Shown: piece by piece, positions 44,988 to 53,747 of the stretch
How positions within the stretch are numbered: the first letter of the stretch is position 1
How the letters are laid out: each line of letters starts with the position of its first letter
Source of the DNA: Patescibacteria group bacterium
GTDB lineage: Bacteria; Patescibacteriota; UBA1384; XYA2-FULL-43-10; 1-14-0-10-43-13
Assembly: GCA_041671645.1 (NCBI GenBank)
Contig: JBAZBD010000001.1
Span: 735,234-799,233 of the forward strand
DNA: 64,000 nt
Direction: 5' to 3'
The notes under the pieces: generated by a model
Databases searched by the model: none
What the model was told of the DNA's origin: nothing
Seen by the model: only the letters and a program-made list of their open reading frames with translations
Translations under genes and position numbers: made by a program

Positions 44988-47123
44988 TTATTTTTTCTTA
45001 AATAGCTTTTCAATCTCTGTAAAAATCTTTTCAAAATTATCCTCGGCCGTTTTTGAGTATTTAAAGCCATCCCAAACAAGCTTATCGTGAATGTACTGTG
45101 CGACTCCAACCTTATCAAATGATATTCCTGGTTTTTGGAATAACTCAGGGTTCTCTTTGGCTAGCGAAGATTCTATGTGTTTTATTAATTTAACTTTACC
45201 ATCAAAACCAGTTACGAAATTTTTTGCGAACTTTACAGTTGGATAGTTTTGACCATAATAAGCAATGACTTCATCAAGATACTCTGTTGGATCAAATAGC
45301 TCTTCGATGTCTTTTAAATCTGCATGACCGCTGATTGCGGACAGATCTTTCGTGAGCTCTTTCATATTTTGTAGACCATATTCGTCAAGAGTTTTTTTAA
45401 TCTGATCTGAATCGTTCTTTGAGTCAGGAATTGCAACACATTTTACATTATTCTTGGTTTTACGAGTTAGAAATAGGCAGTAAAGCGGAATATTATCTTT
45501 GCCATCAGCGGGCACAAAAGTTCTTGTTTCGTCAGCATAACTCTGCAACCATTTTAACCTAACACCACCTTTCTCTTGGAAATACCTAAGCCATCCAATT
45601 AGAAAGAAATAATCCGATATTCCTTCGATCACAATATGCTCCTTGCCCGTCAGAAGCTCTTCGCCAATAAATAAACCTAACGCCTGTCGAAGGGGAGAAA
45701 CTAGCTGCGAATCTCTCCAGAACCTCTGGTGAAGTGTACTCCCGTACACTTTCTGGCCTTTGACTTTTTCTATGTTTTCAACGACATACAATCTTTCTAA
45801 TCTTTGCCACTGCATCATCATTGGCTGATGAGTAGTGTAAATAATCTGTGAATTTTTCGTATTAACTTCAAAAAAGTTTTTAAGGTCAATTTGAGAGGAG
45901 GCGTGAAGGTTTTGTCCTGGCTCATCAAAAAGCCAAATTATCTTCTTGTTTTCCTTATTAGCGATAGCTAATTTGACGAAAAATTTAAGATACCATTTTT
46001 CACCTTCACTAAGGTTATTTAGCTCTATCTGTGCGCCCTGCTTGGTAAAAAAGAAAAAGCACAAATGGCTATCGTGTCTTTCAATGCGATATATTAGGTT
46101 GTGAGTCAGCCAATACTTATTTATTTCATCAGTGAGCGTCTCTGATGACTTATTTTGCAAACCAGTTAGTGCCCTCCCGATCTTAGAAGAAAAGTCCGTT
46201 GCGGAAACTCCTGATAGTTTTAGTAGATCAAAGAGAAAAGGGTGCTTAGTATCGTCTAACAAGTCTTTTATTGGTGCTGTTCCCTCGACCGCATAATCAA
46301 GATCAAGCAAGTTTATGGATAATGTTTTAAAGATTTCTTTAATCGCTAAGGAAATATCTCGGTTTATGACCTCACAGTAATCGCTATAAAGAATATCGAC
46401 TGAAGACTTTTCTATTTCATGATTTCCAATTAATACAATAAAGTTTTGTAGCTCGGTTCTTAAATTTGTATATGAATCTAAATCATCAGCTACAATGGCG
46501 AGTTTTATTTTGGCCTCAATATCGGACTTGGCTTGTTCTAGTTTTGAAATAATATCTTGAGTTGATTGTTCGGCTGTATTTATCTCAGGCGGCTGTTCTG
46601 CTGTAGGTGTTTGCGGATCAGCGATGGCCTTCTCTGGAACAACTATCATCAACTGCTTTATTTCTAGACCCAAATCCTTCGCAATTACTTTCAAATTTTT
46701 CACTCTCTCGTCCTTGTAATCAAGCGGTGTGATCTCCTGTGAAACCTCACCACCTTCACTTTTTTGAACGCTTAGCTCGAACCCTTTAACTCCCGTGAAA
46801 CCTTTTTCTTTGAGCTTATCCTCATCTTCTTTCTCGAGAGAAAACTCAGCACTTAGGTTAATAACTTTATTTTTTGTAATTTCAGAATCTTCGTTTAAGG
46901 AATCATCGACCAGGAATTTATTATTTTTTAAAGAATATAACGCATATAATATATTTGATTTACCGGAACCATTTTGTCCGATCAAGCAGTTAATCTTGTC
47001 GTCATGAAATACTTGATCGCCTATTTCTTTGATTGATTTAAAGTTTTTAACGGAGAACTTTTTTAATTTCATTTTTGTCCTTTTGTAGATAATGGTTTGA
47101 GCTAAATTGCTTGCTTTTAGCAT
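44988..47123 (-). CDS. OLD-family nuclease (N-terminal ABC-type ATPase plus C-terminal Toprim)
   Basis: P-loop GQNGSGKSN; ABC signature-like LSEGEKW; Walker B LFDEPGQNLH; Toprim IVIEGISD and a downstream acidic DSKNDSD; 711 aa. No UvrD-like partner adjacent. Confidence 0.7.
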   Translation of the reverse strand: MLKASNLAQTIIYKRTKMKLKKFSVKNFKSIKEIGDQVFHDDKINCLIGQNGSGKSNILYALYSLKNNKFLVDDSLNEDSEITKNKVINLSAEFSLEKEDEDKLKEKGFTGVKGFELSVQKSEGGEVSQEITPLDYKDERVKNLKVIAKDLGLEIKQLMIVVPEKAIADPQTPTAEQPPEINTAEQSTQDIISKLEQAKSDIEAKIKLAIVADDLDSYTNLRTELQNFIVLIGNHEIEKSSVDILYSDYCEVINRDISLAIKEIFKTLSINLLDLDYAVEGTAPIKDLLDDTKHPFLFDLLKLSGVSATDFSSKIGRALTGLQNKSSETLTDEINKYWLTHNLIYRIERHDSHLCFFFFTKQGAQIELNNLSEGEKWYLKFFVKLAIANKENKKIIWLFDEPGQNLHASSQIDLKNFFEVNTKNSQIIYTTHQPMMMQWQRLERLYVVENIEKVKGQKVYGSTLHQRFWRDSQLVSPLRQALGLFIGEELLTGKEHIVIEGISDYFFLIGWLRYFQEKGGVRLKWLQSYADETRTFVPADGKDNIPLYCLFLTRKTKNNVKCVAIPDSKNDSDQIKKTLDEYGLQNMKELTKDLSAISGHADLKDIEELFDPTEYLDEVIAYYGQNYPTVKFAKNFVTGFDGKVKLIKHIESSLAKENPELFQKPGISFDKVGVAQYIHDKLVWDGFKYSKTAEDNFEKIFTEIEKLFKKK

Positions 47124-47386
47124 ATCATTGTAGTCTTACCTGTCAACATACTGTAACTGTTATACTGAGGTAACTGTTTACTTGCTTCTACTTTTTGTGT
47201 TAAAACTGTCTCAATTGGTATCTGATTTTGTCCCATTCATTTGTCCCAGTCATCTGGGGCAAAAAATGAGGGCTTTTGAAGCTAAATCTGAAAATATTTT
47301 AGCACCTATCCTATACACATATAATGGTTAGGTAGGTTAGGGGAAAAGTGTAAATACTCATCTCAAAAATAATCAATCAAAAAAAC

Positions 47387-48187
47387 ATGACAATACAAAC
47401 AATAACAACTAAACAAGAAGAAATACTAACTCTCATATACAAATACAAATTCCTAAACAGAATCCAAATACAATCATTTCTAGAACATAAAGATCACAGA
47501 AGAATAAACAGCTGGCTTAAAGACCTAACAGAAAAAGAATGCATAAAAAGAATTTGGTCAAACGGCTATGTCGAAAGAACAAGACCTTCTATCTATTATC
47601 TAGCATCCAGTAGCCTTGCGTATTTATCAAAACGATATTTCATCACTCCCCGATATTTTCCGAAAATAGCAGAAGAAGCAGTGATTGGTCCATCGGAACA
47701 CTACATTCTTGATTCCCTTTTACTTGCTGATCTTAGTTTAGGTTTTCTAGATAAGAATAAGGAAGCGGCGAATACTTCAGTTATTACCAAAACCGAATTG
47801 GCTGAACCATATTCGGAGTATAGCTTTCTGGCAGAGGCCAAGATTAAGCCGGAACTTCTTTTTGCTACGAGAGCCAGTAGCAAAAGTATGACAAAGTATT
47901 ATCTATTAGAGGTTATTGAGAGATATGCTTCATTCATCTTGGTTCGAAACAAAATCAAAAGATACTTTGATCTGTATTATTCCAATGACTGGGAGGATAA
48001 CATAGAGGGTGAATTCCCAACAGTACTTTTTGTCTGTCATTCAATGTACTTACTAATTTATGCCAAGAGGTATGCCCGAAGGCTCAGAGCTGATGAATAT
48101 CCGGATGCTGATTTCACAATTCAGTTTGCGCTACTAGAAAACCTCAAATCAAATGAATCAGGCAGTGATATTTGGGAGAAAGCTTAG
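47387..48187 (+). CDS. Replication-relaxation family-like protein (winged-helix N-terminus), plasmid/ICE-type
   Basis: N-terminal ...TKQEEILTLIYKYKFLNRIQIQSFL... pattern typical of the Replic_Relax family; 266 aa. Confidence 0.45.
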   Translation: MTIQTITTKQEEILTLIYKYKFLNRIQIQSFLEHKDHRRINSWLKDLTEKECIKRIWSNGYVERTRPSIYYLASSSLAYLSKRYFITPRYFPKIAEEAVIGPSEHYILDSLLLADLSLGFLDKNKEAANTSVITKTELAEPYSEYSFLAEAKIKPELLFATRASSKSMTKYYLLEVIERYASFILVRNKIKRYFDLYYSNDWEDNIEGEFPTVLFVCHSMYLLIYAKRYARRLRADEYPDADFTIQFALLENLKSNESGSDIWEKA

Positions 48188-48342
48188 ACTGAAATAATAT
48201 CTAGTGTTATTAACGATCAAAGTATTCAAAGATAGCTCAACCTGTTAGCGCAGGTGTATTTATTTAAAATTACCTAATTATTAGACACCTATTTATCATC
48301 TCTAGGACTTGTTTATTGGTTGATAAAGTAGCCCTATATTCT

Positions 48343-48375
48343 CTTGACACTATCCATGTGTGTGATAGTATATAA
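48343..48375 (+). promoter_or_regulatory. Promoter (TTGACA-17-AGTATA/TATATA) overlapping a palindrome CTATCcatgtgtgtGATAG upstream of the 48408 ORF and recombinase
   Basis: Consensus -35, extended TGTG-n -10 region, and an inverted repeat that could act as an operator. Confidence 0.4.
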
Positions 48376-48407
48376 CTATACATTACAGAGATAGTTAGGA
48401 GGGTGAG

Positions 48408-48755
48408 ATGGTGCCATGTCAAACACAACTTTTTAATCCTATTGAGACAGTTTCGACTAGCAATAAAATTGCGGCTGAATTTGTATCCACTATCTTGGTT
48501 AATCCCTCGCGTGAAACAGTTGAAAAGCGTCCTCGCCAGAATATAACTCTTGACTCTATATTCCCTACCCACCAAGAGGAAGCCAAAATAACAAAGGCAA
48601 GACGTATTTTAGGAGAAGTCGGCAGTAATCTCTCAGATGAAGAACTGGAAATATACCTGACCAAATTTGAATTCTTACTTGACACTTGGTTGGATACTTT
48701 TGAAAAACAAACATTCAATGGGAAAACATTAGGCCAGTTATTAAGAGAGGGGTAA
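48408..48755 (+). CDS. Hypothetical protein immediately upstream of the recombinase (possible accessory/directionality factor)
   Basis: Strong RBS AGGAGGG; stop 2 nt before the recombinase start. Confidence 0.55.
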   Translation: MVPCQTQLFNPIETVSTSNKIAAEFVSTILVNPSRETVEKRPRQNITLDSIFPTHQEEAKITKARRILGEVGSNLSDEELEIYLTKFEFLLDTWLDTFEKQTFNGKTLGQLLREG

Positions 48756-48757
48756 AA

Positions 48758-50359
48758 ATGGATCAGTTTGGCTTTAAAGAAAAAGAAACAAAAAATGCAG
48801 TAATCTACTTGCGCGTCTCAACTGAGGAGCAGGTCGAAAACTATTCTCTGGATACACAAGAAGAAATTTGTTCAAAAGAGGCAAGCAAGCGAGGCCTCAC
48901 AATTTATCATACATTTCGAGAGGAAGGCCGATCAGCCAAGACCATCACCGGACGGCCCGTACTTATTGAAATGTTGGAATTTTGCCGTACACACAAGAAA
49001 GAGATCAATGCCATTATTATTTATCGGCTTGATCGAATCTCACGCCAAACGGCGGACTATTTAGCTATCCGAAAGAAGCTGGCCGAATGTGACATCAAAC
49101 TGATTTCTGCCACAGAACCGACCGGCAATAGTCCGACTGAAAAGTTCGTTGAAACAATGCTGGCTGGCTTTGCTCAAATGGATAATGATGTCAGAAGCGA
49201 GCGAACTAAAAACGGCATGAAGGCAAGATTCATGGCTGGCTTGCCCAGTGGTTATGCTCCGATCGGCTATACCAACCAAAACGGCTATGCAATTAAAGAT
49301 CATGAAACTTTCGAAACAATGAAAGAGGGCTGGGATCTGATGGCGACTGGCGATAAAAGCCTAAAGGAGATGGCCGTGATATTGAGCGCAAAAGGAATCT
49401 ATGGTGGTACCAGAAACGGCAGAAGGTGTATTCTTCGCCACCAACAACTTAGTCGAATCTTTAGAAACAAATTTTACACTGGCAAAATTGTTTCCAAAAA
49501 GTATGGCCATGAGATTCAGGGACAGCATCCCCCAATGGTTTCTGAGGAAAAATTCTACCGTGTTCAGGCAATTTTGGATGGCCGTAACACGAGAATTGCT
49601 TTACCATTAGCCAAGAGAAACCGTGATAATCCCAACTTCCCACTGAGAAGGATTATTAAATGCAAACATTGCGGTGGCTCGTTTACTGGAGCTAAAAGTC
49701 ACGGACATGGCGGAGAATACCATTACTATTTCTGTCAGAAACGCTGTGAAAAAGAAAACGTTTCAGATAAAAAAGCTGAGGCTGCGATGGAAAAAGAGTT
49801 AGGAAGGATTAATCTGAAAGAGAAAGCAGTTTCACTCTTCAACGCCTTTTTACGAAGGAAATATTATGAGCGGATTTCCACGCTACAACAAAGACGAAAA
49901 GAGGCAGATACAGAGCTTCAGAAGCTTTACACCTTCCGCCAAGCTCTGATCGAGAAAAATATCGCAGGGGTCTATTCTGACGAGGTATACAAAGAACAAA
50001 ACAAGCTTGTCGAGAAGAAGATCCAGGCAGCAGTGGCTGCCAAAGACGACGAAGTATTAGAGAAATATAATCTTGAAAAGATCACAGAGTTTGTCAAAGA
50101 TAAACTCGGAAACCTTGTTCAAACTTATTTGGATTCTGAACTTCAGGAGAAGCGTACGCTCTTAGGTTCGATATTCCCCTCTGGATTGGTCTGGGACAAA
50201 AATGACTATTCCAACCCACAAATTAGTGAGTTCTACAGCCAAATATTGGCTTTTGGCAACGATGGGTGCTCATTTGGTACCCGCGGCAGGAATCGGACCT
50301 GCGACCTAAACGTTAGGAGTGTTTCGCTCTATCCACTGAGCTACGCGGGCAAATTGTAG
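48758..50359 (+). CDS. Large serine recombinase; 3' coding region contains an antisense tRNA-Arg(CCU)
   Basis: IYLRVSTEEQ catalytic-Ser motif; recombinase domain; CKHCGG...C zinc ribbon; 533 aa. The last ~30 codons are translated from the complement of tRNA 50275..50350. Confidence 0.85.
   Translation: MDQFGFKEKETKNAVIYLRVSTEEQVENYSLDTQEEICSKEASKRGLTIYHTFREEGRSAKTITGRPVLIEMLEFCRTHKKEINAIIIYRLDRISRQTADYLAIRKKLAECDIKLISATEPTGNSPTEKFVETMLAGFAQMDNDVRSERTKNGMKARFMAGLPSGYAPIGYTNQNGYAIKDHETFETMKEGWDLMATGDKSLKEMAVILSAKGIYGGTRNGRRCILRHQQLSRIFRNKFYTGKIVSKKYGHEIQGQHPPMVSEEKFYRVQAILDGRNTRIALPLAKRNRDNPNFPLRRIIKCKHCGGSFTGAKSHGHGGEYHYYFCQKRCEKENVSDKKAEAAMEKELGRINLKEKAVSLFNAFLRRKYYERISTLQQRRKEADTELQKLYTFRQALIEKNIAGVYSDEVYKEQNKLVEKKIQAAVAAKDDEVLEKYNLEKITEFVKDKLGNLVQTYLDSELQEKRTLLGSIFPSGLVWDKNDYSNPQISEFYSQILAFGNDGCSFGTRGRNRTCDLNVRSVSLYPLSYAGKL
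50275..50350 (-). tRNA. tRNA-Arg (anticodon CCU), embedded antisense in the recombinase 3' end
   Basis: GCCCGCG acceptor, D-arm GCTCAGTGGATAGAGC, anticodon loop CTCCTAA, T-arm GCAGGTCCGATTCCTGC, CCA encoded. One A:C mismatch closes the anticodon stem. The 3' half is identical to tRNA-Arg(UCU) at 63901. Confidence 0.75.
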
Positions 50360-50410
50360 TTCTTCTTAGATATAAATTATCACAATTTTAATTAAATTTC
50401 GAGCTCTCAA

Positions 50411-50445
50411 ACTAAAAAAGTCCCTAGATGGGACTTTTTTAGTTT
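50411..50445. terminator. Bidirectional terminator (AAAAAAGTCCC taga TGGGACTTTTTT)
   Basis: Hairpin flanked by A-run and T-run; sits between the convergent recombinase (+) and hup (-). Confidence 0.6.
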
Positions 50446-50456
50446 GTTTTTGATTT

Positions 50457-50729
50457 TTATTTGATCTTGACTCGGAGATTCTTGCTTGGCTTGAAACGTG
50501 GCATCTTGGTGGCCTTGATTTGAATCTGGCGGCCGGTTCGTGGGTTTACACCAACTCTTGCCTTGCGTTTACCGATGTCGAAAGTTCCGAAACCTGTCAG
50601 AGTCACTTTGTTGCCACCAACCAGCTCCTTGGCAATTGCGTCAAGCATTGTCTGAATCCCTACTTCAGCCTCGCGGCGAGAAAGACCAGTCTTCCTGGCA
50701 ACTTCGTTGATTAGTTCATTTTTGTTCAT
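50457..50729 (-). CDS. hup: DNA-binding protein HU
   Basis: MNKNELI...GFGTF...R.GRNP.TG family signature; 90 aa. Confidence 0.85.
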   Translation of the reverse strand: MNKNELINEVARKTGLSRREAEVGIQTMLDAIAKELVGGNKVTLTGFGTFDIGKRKARVGVNPRTGRQIQIKATKMPRFKPSKNLRVKIK

Positions 50730-50756
50730 GCTTCCTTTCTCACCTCCTTATGATTG

Positions 50757-51551
50757 CTATTTAACTGTTTCGTAAATGCGTTCTATCGAAACTGCCTTTT
50801 TCGTCCTAGTATCGATTTCAACCAGACACGCATTAAAAATAGTAGTTCCTACGGCTACTTTATGCGATTGTGGAAGCGCTGTCAAGAATTGCTTGATAAT
50901 GATGCCCTTTTCGACACCCAGAACGGAATCTTTGGGTCCGCACATACCGAGATCAGAGAGAAATGCAGTCCCCTCTTCGAGAATGGTATCATCTGCGGTC
51001 TGAACATGAGTATGAGTGCCCATCACAGCTGAAACTTGGCCGTCGAGATAATGCGCAAGGGCGATTTTCTCGCTTGTCGCTTCAGCATGAATATCAATAA
51101 GAACAATTGAATCTTTATTTTCATCTGCAATTTCCTTTGCTACCTTGAACGGACTTTCGGACAATACTGGGATGAAAACCTGACCGAGCAGATTGATCAG
51201 AGTAACCTTGTGGCCGTTAACTTCAAAAGTTGCGAAGCCTTCGCCCGGACAATTTGAAGGATAATTTGCAGGTCGGAGAACCTTGATTGACTTGTCTTTG
51301 AGGTAAGGGATGATGTCGCGGTTGTCCCAGATATGATTGCCAGAAGTGAAATAGTCGACGCCGATTCGTAACATTTCGTCATACTTTTCCTTCGTCATGC
51401 CTTTGCCAGAAGAGAGATTCTCGCCGTTTGCGACAACAAAATCAATCTTCTTCTCTTTCTTCAGCGAAGGAAGTAATTTGGCAACGACTTGTCGACCGGG
51501 TTTCCCGACGATATCGCCGATGAATAAAATTTTTATAGTTTCTTTTACCAT
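50757..51551 (-). CDS. ymdB: YmdB-family metallophosphoesterase (2',3'-cyclic-nucleotide phosphodiesterase-like)
   Basis: N-terminal ILFIGDIVGKPGR and GNH metal-ligand motifs; conserved adjacency downstream of rny. Confidence 0.75.
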   Translation of the reverse strand: MVKETIKILFIGDIVGKPGRQVVAKLLPSLKKEKKIDFVVANGENLSSGKGMTKEKYDEMLRIGVDYFTSGNHIWDNRDIIPYLKDKSIKVLRPANYPSNCPGEGFATFEVNGHKVTLINLLGQVFIPVLSESPFKVAKEIADENKDSIVLIDIHAEATSEKIALAHYLDGQVSAVMGTHTHVQTADDTILEEGTAFLSDLGMCGPKDSVLGVEKGIIIKQFLTALPQSHKVAVGTTIFNACLVEIDTRTKKAVSIERIYETVK

Positions 51552-51559
51552 TACTAAAA

Positions 51560-53080
51560 TTATTTAGCGAATTCGATTGCTCTAGTTTCACGGATAACTT
51601 GAATCTTGACCTGGCCAGGATATTGAACCTCTTCTTCTACTTTCTTGGCAATTTCTTTGGCCAATTTAGCCGCCAAGAGATCATCAACACTATCAGGTTT
51701 GACCAGAATTCTAACTTCTCGACCAGCCTGGATAGCATATGCCTTCTCGACGCCTTCGAAAGATGTAGCAACACGCTCTAGATCTTCCAAACGTTTCAAG
51801 TGGAATTGGAGGGACTCTCTACGAGCGCCAGGGCGAGCAGAAGAGATTGCATCGGCGATCTGAACGATAGCCGCCTCTGGAGTTTCCATCGGGACATCTT
51901 CGTGATGGGCTTCGACGGCGTGAATCAAATCTGCAGGCAATTTGAATTTGCGCATGATATCAGCAGAGATGACGGCATGTGAGCCAGGAACCTCATGATC
52001 TACGGCTTTGCCAAGATCGTGCAAAAGACCAGCCTTCTTGACCAAAGCAGTATTGGCACCGAGCTCTTCTGAAATTAAGCCAGAGAGACGAGAAACTTCG
52101 ATTGCATGTTGGAGTTGGTTTTGGCCAAATGAAGTTCGGAATTTGAGACGACCCAAGACTTTGATGATTTCTAGCGGTAAACCAGTAACACCAGTCTCAT
52201 AGGCCGCTTCTTCACCAGATTTCTTGATATCAGCCGCAACTTTGATTTTGGCTTTGTCGAAGACCTCCTCGATTCGGGTTGGGTGAATTCGACCATCAAC
52301 TACTAGCTCGGCCAATGTGACACGAGCGACTTCACGACGGACAGGATCAAAGGAAGAAATAACAACAGCGTCTGGAGTATCGTCAATAATCAGATCAACT
52401 CCAGTCACCTTCTCGAATGATTGAATATTTCTACCTTCACGTCCGATAATTCGGCCCTTCATCTCGTCGCTAGGAATCTGAACTGTCGAAACAGTTGTCT
52501 CAGCAGTAGTTTCGGCCGCAATTCTCTGCATAGCAGAGATGACAATTTCTTTGGCTTTTTCGTCTGCAGAATCTCGGACATATTCCTCGACTTCTTTCAT
52601 CTTCTTGACCAAGTCTTCCTTGCCCTCTTTCTCAACCAAATCCAGAAGAACTTTCTTGGCGTCCTCCTTGGTCATCTTGGCAATACGCTCAAGCGAATCT
52701 TCCTGTTTCTTGCGTAAATCACGCAATGTTTGCTTGATAGTCTCAATCTCTTCCTGTTTCTTCGATAAATCCTTGCGTGTCTTCTCGACTTCGTCAAAAC
52801 GGCCATCGATAGTTAACTCTCTACGGCGAAGATCACTCTCAGTCTTGTCCAGTGAACGACTCTTGTCTTCATACTCTTTCTTGGCCTGATCACGTTCTTT
52901 GAGCGCCTCGTCTTTGCCCTCGAGCAAAATTTCTTTTGCCTTCGTCTTCGCGTCCTCGATCATTTTATCAGCCTTGGCCTGAGCTGAAGAAACCTTACCT
53001 TTCGTAGTGTAGCGATAGCCATAATAACCACCGGCACCACCTGCCGCTAGCCCGAGTAGGCCAACAATTACCTCGATCAT
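51560..53080 (-). CDS. rny: Ribonuclease Y
   Basis: N-terminal TM, long coiled coil, KH domain, HD domain (LLHDLGKAVDHE...HH); 506 aa. Confidence 0.85.
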   Translation of the reverse strand: MIEVIVGLLGLAAGGAGGYYGYRYTTKGKVSSAQAKADKMIEDAKTKAKEILLEGKDEALKERDQAKKEYEDKSRSLDKTESDLRRRELTIDGRFDEVEKTRKDLSKKQEEIETIKQTLRDLRKKQEDSLERIAKMTKEDAKKVLLDLVEKEGKEDLVKKMKEVEEYVRDSADEKAKEIVISAMQRIAAETTAETTVSTVQIPSDEMKGRIIGREGRNIQSFEKVTGVDLIIDDTPDAVVISSFDPVRREVARVTLAELVVDGRIHPTRIEEVFDKAKIKVAADIKKSGEEAAYETGVTGLPLEIIKVLGRLKFRTSFGQNQLQHAIEVSRLSGLISEELGANTALVKKAGLLHDLGKAVDHEVPGSHAVISADIMRKFKLPADLIHAVEAHHEDVPMETPEAAIVQIADAISSARPGARRESLQFHLKRLEDLERVATSFEGVEKAYAIQAGREVRILVKPDSVDDLLAAKLAKEIAKKVEEEVQYPGQVKIQVIRETRAIEFAK

Positions 53081-53262
53081 AAAAACCTTTCAAATTCTCA
53101 ACATCAAATTAGGCCAGCTTGATCTGACTAGCCAGAGTAATAGTTCCTAGATTGATATATGAGAATATTTTTTTCATAAATTAATAAAATTACATGCTGA
53201 TTATAGCTTTTTCGTATAGAAAATGCAAATTGGTCTACATAATAATCAAGACCAGACTAGCC

Positions 53263-53293
53263 TTGCCATTTGGCATCAAATTTGATACTATAC
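53263..53293 (+). promoter_or_regulatory. Promoter (TTGCCA-17-TACTAT) for the tRNA-Lys/tRNA-Glu transcript
   Basis: Near-consensus -35/-10 with 17-nt spacing, ~15 nt upstream of the first tRNA-like sequence. Confidence 0.45.
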
Positions 53294-53307
53294 GAGGAGT
53301 TTCACAT

Positions 53308-53377
53308 GGGTTGTTAGACCCGAAGGGTGGACCCGAAGGGTAGCCCTTGGCTCCTTTGGCCCTCAATTGGTAGAGCA
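53308..53377 (+). pseudogene. Partial tRNA-Lys 5' copy (positions 1-10 and 11-26) split by a 44-nt insert containing tandem ACCCGAAGGGT hairpins
   Basis: GGGTTGTTAG[44 nt]CTCAATTGGTAGAGCA. The flanks are identical to positions 1-26 of the intact tRNA-Lys that starts 18 nt downstream. Confidence 0.55.
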
Positions 53378-53394
53378 TTAGAAAATATGGTAAT

Positions 53395-53470
53395 GGGTTG
53401 TTAGCTCAATTGGTAGAGCAGTGCCCTCTTAAGGCATTGGTTCTGGGTTCGAGTCCCAGGCGACCCACCA
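53395..53470 (+). tRNA. tRNA-Lys (anticodon CUU)
   Basis: Acceptor GGGTTGT/GCGACCC, D-arm GCTCAATTGGTAGAGC, anticodon loop CTCTTAA, T-arm CTGGGTTCGAGTCCCAG, CCA. Confidence 0.85.
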
Positions 53471-53471
53471 T

Positions 53472-53546
53472 GGCCCCATCGTCTAGTGGTTAGGACGTCA
53501 CGCTTTCAATGTGGTAAGAGGGGTTCGATTCCCCTTGGGGCTACCA
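53472..53546 (+). tRNA. tRNA-Glu (anticodon UUC)
   Basis: Acceptor GGCCCCA/TGGGGCT, D-arm GTCTAGTGGTTAGGAC, anticodon loop CTTTCAA, T-arm AGGGGTTCGATTCCCCT, CCA. Confidence 0.85.
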
Positions 53547-53552
53547 AGAAAA

Positions 53553-53582
53553 TAACTCAACTTCGGTTGAGCTATTTTTTTG
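53553..53582 (+). terminator. Rho-independent terminator after tRNA-Glu
   Basis: CTCAAC ttcg GTTGAG hairpin plus TATTTTTTT. Confidence 0.65.
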
Positions 53583-53602
53583 GTAAATTTCTTGGAATCG
53601 AA

Positions 53603-53653
53603 GATTCCCCTTGCCCTGCCGTCCGTAGCTTAAGCGAAGGATGGGGGCTACCA
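53603..53653 (+). pseudogene. Partial tRNA-Glu 3' copy (T-arm/acceptor) split by a 29-nt insert, followed by a second terminator (53657..53690)
   Basis: GATTCCCCTTG[29 nt]GGGGGCTACCA versus the genuine ...GATTCCCCTTGGGGCTACCA. Confidence 0.5.
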
Positions 53654-53747
53654 AAATAAAGACTTCATCTTCGGATGGAGTTTTTATTTTGAATAAAAAA
53701 TGCCAGCTTATGATTTTTGCAATCAATAAGCTGGCTTGAAATGTGAA

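Larger units (their letters stand above)
44859..50359. mobile_element. Putative integrative element bounded by the disrupted tRNA-Ser-like gene and the serine recombinase/tRNA-Arg(CCU) overlap; carries an OLD-family nuclease and a replication-relaxation-like protein
   Basis: AT-rich (~33-35% GC). Contains a recombinase and a plasmid-type gene and is flanked by tRNA sequences at both ends. Confidence 0.4.

Noticed and set aside
53541-53726. 61 aa minus-strand ORF over the tRNA-Glu 3' end, terminators and split Glu fragment
   Set aside because: Covered by RNA features and hairpins; spurious.
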